A DNA stretch of 64,000 nucleotides, taken from assembly GCF_009914755.1 (NCBI RefSeq), contig NC_060930.1. One strand, written 5' to 3'. The position numbers were made by a program, and so were the translations under genes. How positions within the stretch are numbered: the first letter of the stretch is position 1; each line of letters opens with the position of its first letter. The notes beneath the pieces were generated by a model. That model ran no database searches, was not told the origin of the DNA, and saw only the letters and a list, made by a program, of their open reading frames with translations. Shown in pieces: positions 25,321 to 38,750 of the stretch. The DNA comes from the human T2T-CHM13v2.0 reference genome, Homo sapiens.

Positions 25321-28300
25321 CAAAATTCATTTTAATATGTGGTAAGGAAATTATCCAACATGTGCTCCAAAAATTTTCTGGCTATGACCTAGGTTTATTG
25401 CCTCAGCAGCAGTTAGGCACTTGAAGTGGAGTGTTGAATATATGTAAGTAGTTTTTCAAAGTGCACAAACTTGTAAAAGTCCTACAGCAAATACTTTTAT
25501 AGGAAGCATTCATCATCTGTTTTTAAACATATTGAGAGTAGTCACTGTTTAGAAAAAATACTCAGCAATGTGGTTTGAGGGTCAGGAATTTTCTAGCCTG
25601 CAAGAGGCTTCTTTGGCTGCCTCATTATGGCCACTAAAGATTTAACTGTGATGAGCATATGTATGTATATAGCAGACCCTCTTCATTACATAATTTTTTA
25701 AAACATTAAAATTGTCATGTAAGTGAAAGACTGCAGCTCACTAATTCCCCACTATTTGTACAGCTATGTAGACTTGTTGTAACAAATCAGATGTTTGAGC
25801 TTTTCAATAACACTCATGTCTGATGCTTTCCCTTAGAACTTGTTTGTCAGGCCCTATCTTATTTTCAGCCTCTACAGTTCCCTTTCCCACAGCGAGAGTC
25901 ACTTTATACTGTCTCTGGACCAATCACTGACCATCCAAAATCAGGTGAGTGGTCCCACTTCTGTGGTCTCACTAAACCATTTACCCACTAGTCACTTGGT
26001 GTTGAAATTGCCATTGTTTTACCCGTAACTCCTGTTAGAGAGCAGAGATAATATAACATTCACCATTGTATCCCAATCCCTAGCTCGGTGCCTGAAACAC
26101 GAGTCTCAAAAAATATTTGGTGAATGAGTAAATTATTCTTACTAAATGTGAAGCAGGAGAGACACAAAGAACTCTAGCCCACCACTAGGATTTAGCATCA
26201 TCTTAGTTGTTTTGACATTGTATGACAATGTTGGCATCTCACTCACAGTCTCTAGGACTGCTCTTCCTCCACAGCTAACCTGTTCCTGATTCCCACCTCC
26301 CTGCTCTCCTTCCTGCTCCTGCTGACAAGCTTGCCTAAATGTGGACTGACTCCCTGCCTGTGTCAGAATGCAGGCATCCTCTATCCGCCTGCCAGAATAC
26401 CCTATAACCACATGTTAGACCTTCAGATCCCAGCTGCTAGCTTGAACCACTCTAACATCTGATGCCACACCATTTAGATCCTATGTTCTCTCAGTTCAGC
26501 ATCAATCCAACCCCTCTTTTAGCTACAAAACATGGGCCTTGCCTGATTGAGCCCCAGGACACATTCTTTAAGATGAGCAGACTGAGTGGACCTCACTCTA
26601 TAATCATGTGCTTTCACACAGACCAAATCCTTCTAAATTCTCACACAATAATAGTGAGAGCTCTGTTGAAATTCAACTCCTATGAAAAAGTGTCTGGAAA
26701 GAGAAATTGAAATAATAATATAACCCAAATATAGTTTAAATTAGATGATTTTAATCTTTCACTAATACTATGTAGAAAAACAAGACCTCTGTTTTTTTCC
26801 CTAATCTTTCTCTCAAAAGGACAAAATTCTTCACTTTCTGAAAAACCACAGGCCACTTTCATCTGGTTTTCCCCCTTGTCCTCTTCTCTGAGCTCAGCAT
26901 TTCACGTGCTCATTTTGGTGAGATTCCATCACAATACATCACCAGGAACACATGCGTTCCACTGGGACTTTATTCCCTGGAAGATGTGAATGGTGATGTA
27001 AATAATGGCATCATTGGAATTTGGAAGAAGTGATGCGAGAAAGAAATAAGGTGAAATAAAGCAAAATCAAGCAATTATACTCAATACATCCTTTTGGAGT
27101 AATGTAGATAGTATTGATGGTAATAGGGAAATTCAGTGGTATTCATCAGCTGGAACTGTCAGCAGAAACATTAATTAAATGGCAGCTGTTGCTTTACCAC
27201 TTGTAGAGGAGTGGAGCAATCCTAACTCCAAAATAGATTTCCAAGGATAGGAGCGTTTCCAGCTAATGAACTACAGCCTGGTTGTGGTTTTGGGTTAGTA
27301 GCTGCAATTAGACTTTTGTCAATAGTTATGTCTATGCCACTGTATTTTAAAGTAAGAATTCTAGTCTGTTAATGGAAATATGTATGCATCATGCTAATTA
27401 GAGCTACTAAGTCCAGCTCCCACTTAGTTATGAATTGGTTATTCTGTGATACTCTAGTGAACATTTAAAACATTTGTTTATTTTTAATTAATATTGTTAG
27501 AAAAGCAATACATGACCATAAAGGTTTAGAGAAAACTGAGAAGCAGAGAAATAATCATCAATGGTCACTAACTGTTACTGCCATGTTTATCAAGGAAACA
27601 TTATGTTCACTTCAATCAATGGAAACTGGTCATTAATATTTACTTTCTCTATTCATGACATTTAATGAATTCAATTTAACAAACAGTTATTGAGTACTTG
27701 TTTGGTTCAAGGTGATTCTAAAAACAGTGCCAAGTCATAACGGAATTTATTTATCAGGTTGAATTTTTGAATTTACATGTAAATATGTGTCACAGAATAA
27801 TTATAAGAATCTTTCACTTTTTGTTTGCTTTCTATTGCAAAAAAAAAAAATCTGTGCTACAGTATTTGCTATTGGTGATTTTCATCTTAGTAAGATTCAT
27901 TTTACTGGACAACACACATACATTTTTCTCTAGGTGTGAAGAAGCCTGTTCCATAGAATTTCAAACTTACAGAATCAATCAGAAAATTAATTCCGTACAT
28001 GCTACCTAAAAATGTAGATTTTAAAAGTTCTTCGGAGTACATTAACACACTGACCTGTCAGTTTCACAGGACAGATCAGCTTGTTTCCAATGCACCTGCT
28101 GTATAGGAAAGCAAAGTGATTAATCCTTTCCTGTTGTTGCTGGTATTGTGAGAGAAGATAGGGGGAGGTATAAAAGTCCAGACAGAGGAATCCCAGGAAA
28201 AATGGGGAACCCAGCCAAACTCACAAGACTAGGGGAAAGGTCAAGGATCCAAACAGGACAGTAGAATTTGTGTTCAGAATGTCTGGGGTAAAGTACATGT

Positions 28301-28594
28301 GCCCAAAAGTAAGGCATAAAATATTATATTGGTCCCCAAGAGAAAGGAAAGACAGGAAATAAGAAACAAAGTCATGAGGGGAAATAGAGCATCATAACAA
28401 AATCTTGAGGAGAATAGGTTGCCTCCAATTGGGCCAGTCATTGGGAAAATAGAGGGGAAGGCAAGGACCCAATCTCTAGTCAAACAGAAAGCCCAGTTAG
28501 CAGGAACTAAGGTCACCATAACCAGCTGCAACAAGACCCCTGATGCTGAAATGAGGGAGCAGCTGCCATTCAACACCTTATATTTTCAGAGTGG

Positions 28595-28815
28595 GCTCCA
28601 GAATAGCAAAGTGATTAAGAGCTTACACGCACAGGCTGGGGAGTCCAATTGCCTGGACTCATCCCAGACTTGCCACCTGCTTGCTGGGGGCTGGGGGGAG
28701 ATGAACAATTCCCTCAGCCTCCTTATCTGTAAAATATATAGTATATGTGTATCTGCCTTATGAAACTGTTAGTGCCTAACATACAGAAAGCATTCATTAA
28801 ATATTAGCTACTTTA
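28595..28815 (+). mobile_element. MIR SINE
   Basis: gtgattaagagc...ccctcagcctccttatctgtaaaat...agtgcctaacatacag. Confidence 0.7.
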
Positions 28816-29276
28816 TTGTTTATTATGATTGTGTGATAGAAAAAAGTAATAGACTGGGGCTCAGGGGACTTAAGTTCTGGTCCTTGCTTTACTTCTTTTT
28901 CCACCTATGTGACTCTTGTACAGAACTGAGGTGCGGTCATAGAAAGGGACCCAGAAAGTAATCAAAAATCCTTAAGTCAAGATCTTAAAAGTAAGCCAGG
29001 CAACGATCCTGAGTGTCAGTTCTCTTGAGACAGGAACACAGCCACTGCAAGGTGTAGAAAGTACCCACTACCAAGGGTTGAATAATCACAGTTCCATATT
29101 CAATTCTACCTGCGGAAGGTTTTGTAACTTGAGCTGAGTGACTTCTCATTCTAGTACTATCTTCTTTAAAATGATGAGGTGGCACTCATCATTTGAAAGT
29201 ACTGTCTTTTAAAGTACTTTTAAAGTACTGTCTTTTAAAGTACTTTTAAAGTACTGTCTTTAAAATGATTGCGATA

Positions 29277-29453
29277 ACAGGTTCTCAATATTGGATGCGA
29301 ATTAAAATCACACAAAAGCTTAGAAAATAGACCAATACTTGGGCACCCTCTCAGGCCAATTTAAATCAGAACCTCTGGGGGCATAGCCCAGGCATCTGCA
29401 TTTTTAAAGCACCCCAGGTGACTTTGATGCACAGAGAGTGTTGAGAGCCACAG
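29277..29453. mobile_element. MER5-family MITE
   Basis: caggttctcaa...aatcagaacctctggggg...cccaggcatctgcatttttaaagcaccccaggtga...ttgagagccacag. Confidence 0.8.
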
Positions 29454-30749
29454 TACTAGATAATCTGATGGTTTCAAGTGAGGTCAGAGTCTAGAGGTTT
29501 CCACTCCTTTTGGTTTCCTGTAAGGTATAGCTGTCCCCAGGACCAAAGCCATGTAATCATTGACATTGTGGTACTCAAGGCCCTGTGCCTGCTCACAATC
29601 AGACTAGGGGCAGATGTGCAAAGAGAACTAGGAAATCTTACAGAAGTCTTAGATAATTCTTGAATGAATATGATAAGCTGTTAATATCTTAAAAATTAGC
29701 TAAAGACTAATGTGGAAATTATCGCTGTTGTGTACCAAAAGAAATTTAGAATAATTGAATGAGGAAAAAAATACTTCTAGAGGCCAACCAGTCAAACTCT
29801 TTGTCTCCAAAGAAGAGAACACAAATACTCTTTTTCTGGGTGGGTGAAAAAAAAATTACAGTTCTTTTTCTCCTTTGACACTATTACACCTTTTTACATA
29901 AAGACAGGAGAAGAAAAAAGGAAAACTGAGTTTATTGTAAAGAAATCAAGAGATGTTATGCCAAGAAAACAGACAGCCTTCGTGAAATGTAACACATCTC
30001 TGCCTTTACTTCTTTTTCATTGACTTGGATTAAACAGGTCTGTATCACACAGCAAACAGTATATTTGCTTCAGGAAGATGTTTAGCCTGTCAGGTGAGTA
30101 GCAGTACAAGTCCTGTGCTATTAACCAATAATGAATGTAGTGTGTTTGGGGATGGGGAGTTGGGGTGTGCTAGTATAGTTGTGACAAGTTACTGTTTCAA
30201 TTTATTAGAATAGAATTTCTCAGAAAGTAGAGATTTATTCTGTTATATTCCATCCCATATAAAACATTCACCTTCCTGGGATATTCAATCCCACTACCTG
30301 GGATATGTGATACCCTGGAAAAGTAGTCTTTCTGGCCACTGGCATAAGAGAAAGCAAAGCATTATCTGCTCCATCGAAGTTTTATTAGAATCGCTCTCCT
30401 TTTACTTCAAACAATCTGAAAGTTAAATGCCAGAAACGCAAATAGAAACTCAAAAGTTTCAATTATTTCCAAATAGTCAGACATTTGGACATCATGCAGG
30501 CAAATAAAGATAAAAGAATTAAATAAAATATCCAATAAAATATGCCTCTGATCCATAGTAGCAAAATGGCTGAAAAGCGTCAGGCAATTTTTCTTAAACT
30601 ACAGCAAGCTCTCTGTTTTATTTTATTTTTTTGAAGGAACATCATGCTGCCAGAATAGCAACTCACTACCAAAACAAAGTCATTTGGAACCAATAACAAG
30701 CCTTTATGTGGAGCACCTTCTACCGCCTTCCTCACTGCCTTCTGACCAA

Positions 30750-30750
30750 A

Positions 30751-30802
<52 letters not shown>
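30750..30802. repeat. (CA)n microsatellite
   Basis: ~26 units with one interruption. Confidence 0.95.
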
Positions 30803-31374
30803 TCCACCAAAGGTTTCTTGAAGAAGTATTGCTACCAACAACGGGGATAAGTATTTCATAGAACTCCCTCTTGAACCCACTTCACAAACTAAATGTTTAT
30901 GACCAAGGTAGAGACTGGCAGCACATTCAAAGTTTACAATATAAGGTGGGGCTCTGAGTTGTCAATAGGAGCAACAGCAGACAAAAGCCCCAACAGTGTC
31001 AAAGGAGGTGGTACAAAATCAAATGCTCCATGGCATCCTCTTCTTGGGAATCAACCCAGCGTGTAGAAACCAAGAACCACATTGCCCCATCAACAACTGG
31101 AAGAATCACTTCTGCATCTCAGTGCCCCAGGCCTAGCTCATCCAGGGTGGCCCAACTCTACTGGCCATTGAAGCTTCTGATTCCACTTTGGGATCCTGGA
31201 AAAGAGCCTCTGTTAGCCTTCTGACCCTAAATCTCTTTATTCTTTGCACTTTGTGAATCTTTTAATACTATAGGGGCAGCTGTTACCTTGCAGTGTCACA
31301 TTCTACATGTTTCAGTAAAACATCTCATAGTCATCTAGGTGGAGGTGTTCCATAAACAACTGCCTGAATTTTAA

Positions 31375-31605
31375 AAAGTGGTTGAAACTATCGAATAGAT
31401 AAGGTCAAATTGCCTGGATTTGGATTTTAAATCTACTACTAGGTAAGTTATTTAACATTTATAACCTCATTTTCCTAATCTGTAAAATAGTGATAAAAAT
31501 AGTACCTCATAGGGTTGTTACGAGAAGCAAATAAAATCATCCATGTAAAATGCTTGGCACAATTCCTGGCACATAGTAATATTCTCAAGTATATGCTAGT
31601 TATTC
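31375..31605 (+). mobile_element. MIR SINE
   Basis: cctcattttcctaatctgtaaaatag...tacctcatagggttgtt...cctggcacatagtaa. Confidence 0.85.
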
Positions 31606-34289
31606 CTATCATTTTATATAGTAAATGTACTGCATATGTTGTATATTATATAGATAATATATATTACATGTAGCCATTATTATTATTATTACTTATGGAA
31701 TGAGCAGAATGTAGAAGTTGGGGATGTCTTATCAAAAGTTGACGGGCCCTGAGAAGTGAACTCGACCAATGCAGCTGACTTCCTTAAAGACCAGAACGAA
31801 CAACAGGCTATGGCCAAACCAGTTGGTTTGGTGTATTCAAACCAGAAGATGATATCTATCAACACAGCGAGTGAAAGTTAAGCTTATATGTAAGGCCACT
31901 CCCTGATCCAAATACCAGGCTGCTCTTCAAGCATGTGTCCCTTACTAAACAGTTAATGAAACACAAAGAGCTTTGAATACCTCCAGTGTCACATTTCAAG
32001 ACTTATAGAATAATTAGGAAAAATCTGAGCTGGCAAAACTCTTCCTGGCTTGCCCTGATGAGCAGACCATCTTTGTTTTCCATTAGTGTGTGTTGTCGTC
32101 ACAGTAACTACAGGGCTCCAAATACAGGCGCAGGGCATCATTTCCTCATGTGCACTTAGGCTGCCACACTGAAATAGCATTATTAACTCAGCAATGCCTC
32201 TTCCTTTCCTGTTGTGCTTGGTACCATGGTCAAAGAGGCAAGGCCTAAAATGAGTTACTTAAGATGTAAGTATATGAAAGAAAAAGAATGTTCATTTATT
32301 CCCATTATTGTGTCATCTATGACTTGTGTGTGTGTGTGCACGTGCGTGTGTGAAAACCTAATTTTTGCATAGATCTTTTAGATAAACAAGGGCAAGTTGG
32401 CAGTAACTCCATTGTCTTGGTGGTGCCAGCAGTCTATTGTTTTCAGTCAGATCTTCTTTTGGCCTGAAATCTTCAGCCAATTATTTTTTAAAGAATGCAT
32501 TTGGCCAACTCTGATGTGTCCGTTTCATACCTTTCTTACACCTTTTCCTTACAAAGATAAGAAGCAGATAATTCATTTCTTTAAATTAACTTGGGAAGAT
32601 TGCAATTACAGTTTTTACAAGATCAAAAAAGGCTATTTTCAAGGGCAGACTATAGGGTCCTTGGTCAGTGAAGCAACAATCATCGTTTCCTCAATGTTTT
32701 GGTAAAGGAGGTAGGCAACAGCATTTAGGCAAGCAAATAAAAACAGAAAAAACCTTAAACCTTAAGGGCTCAATTAAAATCAGATCACTCGAGATAATTT
32801 CTGCATTAGCTTTAAAAATTCTTTTTAGTTTGTATTTCACAGGCCTCAGAAACACATAAATCACCCAATATTATGCACATTGACACCACTTCCCAAAAAT
32901 GGGAAAAAAACCCAAACTTTCTTTTGATGTCTCAGTGTTGCTGTGGCTTAAACAAAGCCCTCAGAGACAGAGCAGCAGGGGGATGCTGGTTTATGTTGTA
33001 TTACTTCACTTCTGTGCTGGGAGTTTCTCAAGTTCTGCAATCAGCTGGTTAACAGCCAGCTAAAGCTGCTCAATTCATGTATGACTTTCCTTATTCTAAA
33101 TTCTTCCACAACGGGCTGCCTGGTCTTTGAAATTAAACTGCCTCAGCTACTACCAGAGAAAGCTATATTCTGCCTGTAGCCTTTTCCCTTCTCTCATTAG
33201 CTAAAACATAGACTGACCATTTAAGAAAAAAAAAAAAACATAATCCAATATACTTTCCTGAGGTTTCTATATTTTTGCCCTGGTACCACTATAATATATT
33301 CATTCCGCAAAGCCAGGAAAAGTTATTTCCTTCTTTTCTTTCTTTATTTTACTTTTCCTTCCTACCTTCCTTTGTTTCTTTCTTTCCACACAAAGTTTTC
33401 ATTAGAGAATGACAATTTTAAAATTTGTTTTGCCTCAACTTTTAGAGACTTATCCTTTCAACTGGGAAAAATAAAGTAAAATTGACAGATTTAAACCATT
33501 TATGTCCTGCATAAGGTTTGTTGCCACTAAAGCTGCTAAGAAACTTCCCTGCTTATAAGGGTGCTTTATATATTTTTGTTAAGTATACAGAATATTAAGC
33601 AGAATACACATACACACACATCTTATGAGATAACACTTTTTGTTTGTCTTGGAATGTACTTTTCTTTTCATATTTAAGAAGAATGAATAGGATTAAGGGC
33701 AATGAATCGCAAGAATTCATTTCCATTTAGTAAAGTTAAAGTTAGCTTAAGATGACCTTTTTTGGTCTTTTCATTTTTATCTGTTACTAGGTTAGTAAAA
33801 CAAAACAAATCATCTAAGGAGAGAAATAAAGAATGATAAATTTAATAATGTGTTCTTGCATGGAGGAGGAAGTCTTCATTGCTGTACATTACCCAGTATA
33901 GTCGGCTGTAAAACAGACACCCAAGCACTGTGTATAAACACACTTTATCTCCAAGTGCAAATATAGAAACCATAGAACAGTCTGTGCTGTGGGTGATTTC
34001 TTAGCCTTTTTAGTAATGGTTCTATAAGACAGCAGACTGCTGAGTGATAAGGGAGAGTTTGAAACATAAATTCCATACTAAATTATTGGCTGCTGTTCAA
34101 ATTGTGTCTGCTTAGAGTACCCAGCAGCAAAGTATGTCCCAAGCAGGATTCCAAACTTAAATAATACATTCTCCTGCCTTTCCTATAATCTATGAAGTTG
34201 AGATCACAAACTATCCGCATCCAAGAACTTTGTATGCAACAAAGATTAAAGTAAACAAATAACTATATTTAAGGTGTAATAAAGCCATA

Positions 34290-34490
34290 CTAGCTTAAAT
34301 TTATTGAAGAATAAATTATAAACTATAGATTTTATAAGTCATTTAATGTTCAAAAAAACTTCATAAGGAAATAGCATTATTACCCTCTTTTTACAGATGA
34401 AGAAACTGAGACACAGAGATTAATTTGCCTAAGGTCACCTTGAGCTAAAATCTGAATCCAGGCTATCTGACTGACTTAGTCATGCTACTA
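34290..34490 (-). mobile_element. MIR SINE
   Basis: ttttacagatgaagaaactgagacacagag...gcctaaggtcac. Confidence 0.8.
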
Positions 34491-35417
34491 ACCTTTTCTG
34501 ACTCCTCTTCCATGAACATCTTCTGGTTATATCTTCAACTCAGATTTAAAGAAACAAAATGTATTTTTATTAGCTTATCTTTTTTCTATTTATTGCTATA
34601 TATATTAAAAAAATGTAAAAATGAATTTATACTGCAGGCTTTTAGATGTCATTTTTCTAATAAATTGTTACCAATCTTTTTTCTCTTAAACCTTTCTGTT
34701 GAAATAAATCTCAACACGAGCTTGCCCCCTCATTTCTCCTAGTGCTACCTTTCTAAAACCCATGAGTTTAAAGAGGGAAGATTAGACAAATGAATGAAAA
34801 TGTGGATTAAACAAACTCTGTAAAATCTTATATCTTAAGGCATATGTTTTATGAAAAAATGCTCACCTGCCAAAAAATGAAAACACAGGTAGCATTATTT
34901 AGACTGTGTAAACCCCAAAGTTTCACTCTAAACAATAAGTAAAAAATATAACCACAAGGAAACCGGTGCTTAATGAACATATTAAATATTTCACAAATTT
35001 CATTGGAAAATTCCATAGGGTTTCTTACTGAATATCCACTTAAAAGAGTAAGTTTCATCACTTTGACCATCTTAAAATATAAATACTAAGAGAATGTTTT
35101 TCTTTTGTTGAATACAGAACAAATTGCTTTGAAAGTATGATTCCTGCTTTATCTCACTCAATAAGGCTACAGTTTTCACGAGCAATTAAATACTGAAAAA
35201 TGTCTTTTTCAAAATATCAAGAGAAAAACAACAGAAAAAGGATCATAACGTATTTAAATGTTTTCTTGTTCAAAGCCAGATTCTAATTCACGATCCACAA
35301 ATAAGAGCCATGATTTAAATGAATTGTACCAAAAGTAACTATAAATAGAACCTGGCACCAAAAGATAACAAAAGTATATAAGTTACAGTATTTAGAGGTC
35401 TAGGTAGATACACAGGA

Positions 35418-35418
<1 letters not shown>

Positions 35419-35450
<32 letters not shown>

Positions 35451-35460
35451 ATGTGTGCAT
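35419..35460. repeat. (TG)n microsatellite
   Basis: Direct reading. Confidence 0.95.
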
Positions 35461-38197
35461 GCATATATACATACACAGTCCTGTCATATTTCCCCTTTCT
35501 ATTTTATTCCTGAGAGATACAACATCATTTCCACAATTGGGTACATGAGTGTAGTTAAAAGTGTTTATAATTTTTCTGTGCGTGGTAAAACCATGAAGAC
35601 TTTCCTTGAGAAATTTCTGAAGTAAAAAACTATTAACTTACAGTTGCTTTTCTTGATTCTATACTTATCCATACTTTCTCATGTACTTATCATCAGATAT
35701 CTAGAGCCACAAATGTGAATGGAACATCCACAATGTGCCTGCAGCTGAGAAGCTCCAAAGCCAAGTGATGCTTAGGATACGGCATTGCACCTAATAGACG
35801 TCATAAAATTGTTCTGAATATAAAGAGGCAAACCCTACTTAAAAGTACCCTAATTCTAACAGAGCATCAAGCTGTCTAAACTTAGAAAGAATCACTTCTA
35901 AAATGTATGATCCAGAATATCATTGTGAAAGTGGAAGACCCTGATCTGGGTCTTAAAGAGTAGGCAAAGTTTCTACAGGACCAGAGAGTAAATGTCTTCC
36001 AGGCAGGGAGAATAAAAGCTGGGGCAAAGCTGGGGTATTGAAATGTTCACTGAGTATGTGTTTGGAGAATGGCCCATAATCTGAAATACCTGAAGCAGAG
36101 GGACCTTGTTGTTGAGTCATGGTATTGAGACTGGAAAAGTTAAGTAGGTGCCAGATGATGGAAGGTTTTCAAAATACCCAGCCTAGGTGTTTGGCAGCAA
36201 CTAGAAGTCCCAGAAGATAACTGAAGAGTAGATAGACAAACATAGCAATGCTTTAGTAAAACCAATCTCGTGGTCATGGGCAAGATGATTTGGATGGCAA
36301 CAAGGGGTAGGAGGGAGCAGCATTGTTATAATCCAAACTAGGGTGAAGAGAACAGGCATTAGTGTGGTGGAAGACATGGCAATGGAATCTAACAACTTTT
36401 ATGGTAAAGGGGAAAGGGACAGTTCCAAAATGTCACAGAACTATGAACTTGAGTGAATAGGAGAACAGATCTGCATTGTAGTGGAGAGCCTGATTGTTCA
36501 TATAGTGGAGGAAACCGTGTTGTTTAGCCTGAGCTGAATTGCTGTTGATTCTCAAGAATAAATGTACAACAATGAAGACAATTAATGATACTGAAAAATT
36601 CACTTCATCAGCAAACATGACTTTTACACAGGGCCAAATGCTGCACTTAGTTATCGCCACACTGTCCCACTGACTCCAAAAGAAATTACATGCCTAGAAT
36701 CAATGGTAGATTTTGGCCTTACACATACATTTTTAAGTCAACAATGTGACCCTTCTTAGGATAAAAACAAGAAAAATGTAAAGCATTTAGTTCTGACTTT
36801 TCAAACTCCTTCAAGACAAAGATATTTCATCTCTACTAAAGCACCAGGAGTTTCAGTCTCTAATAGTAAACTTACCAGAGTGCATTTTGCACTATTATTT
36901 ATACATATTTGTATATGTGATTCGCTTATGTACTGTATAAACAAGTAAACAGAATTATAAAACATAACACATACTGAAATGAGTGCCCTATTTCATTTTC
37001 CTGAGCATATGCTATATAAGCTTTAATTAGCTTTTCTTAAAAGAAGATCATTTTCTGAAAAGGTTGATACATTCTTATTTGTCAACAAATAATATGTTAA
37101 AAACTGGTTTTGGGTAAATTCTTTCTTTACATTGATAGAATAGACTTTAAAAATTCCAATTAAAATGTGCTTCTATATCTTCTTTGATATTATCCTTAGA
37201 CTAAAAAATTATTCAAATCATCATATTCATTTAGAGGTAAAATATTTTTATGCAAATCTACCCCAATTACAAACCACCAGATGTCAATACTAACTATATC
37301 AACAATGTACAACCATAAGTTGTCATATTCAACATGAAATTGGTTACTATAAGCAATTCTGATAAAATTGCATGGCAACTCATGGAAGGGGAGACAAGAT
37401 GCCATCAGCTGAAAGGAGGATTTCCTTTACACTATAGTAAACACATTCATACACACACACATGCAACTTAACAGAAAATGTTTTCTAATTAAGTTTTTAA
37501 AAATAGAATCTGTTATATCTAAATACAAGTATTGATTTATTTTTTAAAAGTACACAAATATCATTATCTTGAGTAGTTATATTCAACAACTTCAAGAGTA
37601 GTGATTTAATACCAGGCATATTTTATGCCCAGTCAGAAGCATTTGGGGTGACTCTAGTGTAACGAGGTCAGAACCAGCACAAGGTGTACCAGTGTAATCA
37701 GAGAATTAGGCAAAAGGAGACACATGCAACAGCAGGTTTAAAAAGTACAGCAATACAAACACCATGCGGGACTTTCCTCTCATTTACCAAACACAAGCTG
37801 CTTAGCTAGTTTCAGTAAATGAAAGTTATTTTACTTCTAGGGGAGATATCCTTTTCATTGCTTAGCCATCCCAATTGTGAAAGGAGATGTGAAATTGTCC
37901 TTTGTCATAGTTCTGTTACCTGCCGAAGAGCACTAACTTGGGAGAAATATTTTGATGTCTACTAAAACACCATAAAATTATGTGTTTAAAAAGGAATTGG
38001 TATAATTTTGAGGAAGAGATGATGTTTCTGACTTTTTAAAAATAATTCACAATGGTTATCGTAATTTCTAAATGTGTTATCACATCATAGAACAGGAAGA
38101 ATCAAAGGAAACAGACAAAACAGAATGGGAGAGAACTCTCTTCTTGTGGAAACAGATATTTCTTAAGAGAGTAAGTATTTATTTATTTTGGTCTTAC

Positions 38198-38585
38198 CTG
38201 ACGGCAGCTCCTTTAACCAAAGGTATGTCCTCTATGTAGGTAGTTTATCCTTTGAAGAACCCAGTGGCTTGTCTCACAGCCCAAGACAGATTCGAGTTCT
38301 CAAAAACTATCCAGCCCAAAAGAATACAGAGGAAAAAGCTTTTCCCACTTTCTTTCCCAGGACCAGCCAATAGCTGAAGTCATGCAGGAAACAGAGTAGA
38401 GAGGAGGGAAAGCAGCTTCTTCTCCCTGAAATCCCGATCAGCAGAAATTGGAAGTTGTTGTATATCTCCCACCCAGACTTTTGTTTAAAAGTTTTTTCTA
38501 CTGTTGCTAGGTGTTGTTGGGTTCGGAGATTAGGTTTCTCCTCTTCTGCTCCCTTCACAACACTGTCAGAGCAATGGCTATGTTG
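38198..38585 (-). other. FILIP1: Non-coding first exon (5' UTR) of a minus-strand gene, probably FILIP1
   Basis: Strong donor on minus strand CCGTCAG|GTAAGAC (exon ends 38198); TATA/MEF2 element ~25-30 nt upstream of inferred TSS; unique non-repeat sequence. Gene identity is recalled from the UBE2V1P/RNU1P/RPL26P neighbourhood, not verified; TSS approximate. Confidence 0.72.
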
Positions 38586-38750
38586 AGGAGCTGAGCTCGC
38601 GGGTGCTATATTTAACCAGTGTTCTCAGCAAGTCAAGCCTGTCAACAGCTGAGAAGTTTGGAGCCGGCTTTACTCAGTTCCTAAGCAGCTGGGTTATCAG
38701 TGGATACAGCGCTGCTCACCCTGTAAAAGATTGCGGGAAAACCGGCAGGC
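38586..38750 (-). promoter_or_regulatory. Muscle-type core/proximal promoter
   Basis: CTATATTTAA (38606-38615; MEF2 consensus YTA(W)4TAR, reads TTAAATATAG as TATA-like on minus); CAGCTG E-boxes 38646-38651 and 38686-38691; TGTCAA (Meis/Pbx-type TGACA on minus) 38640-38645; TGATAA on minus ~38694-38699; GCGGGAAA E2F-like 38733-38740; local cluster of CpGs. Confidence 0.7.

Noticed and set aside
29196-29261. CRISPR-like appearance of palindromic 26-bp repeats
   Set aside because: No unique spacers, no cas genes, eukaryotic context; a simple tandem duplication.
38307-38558. 83-aa ORF inside exon 1
   Set aside because: Starts at GTG, not ATG; no recognisable homology. The ATG-initiated 27-aa uORF is reported instead.
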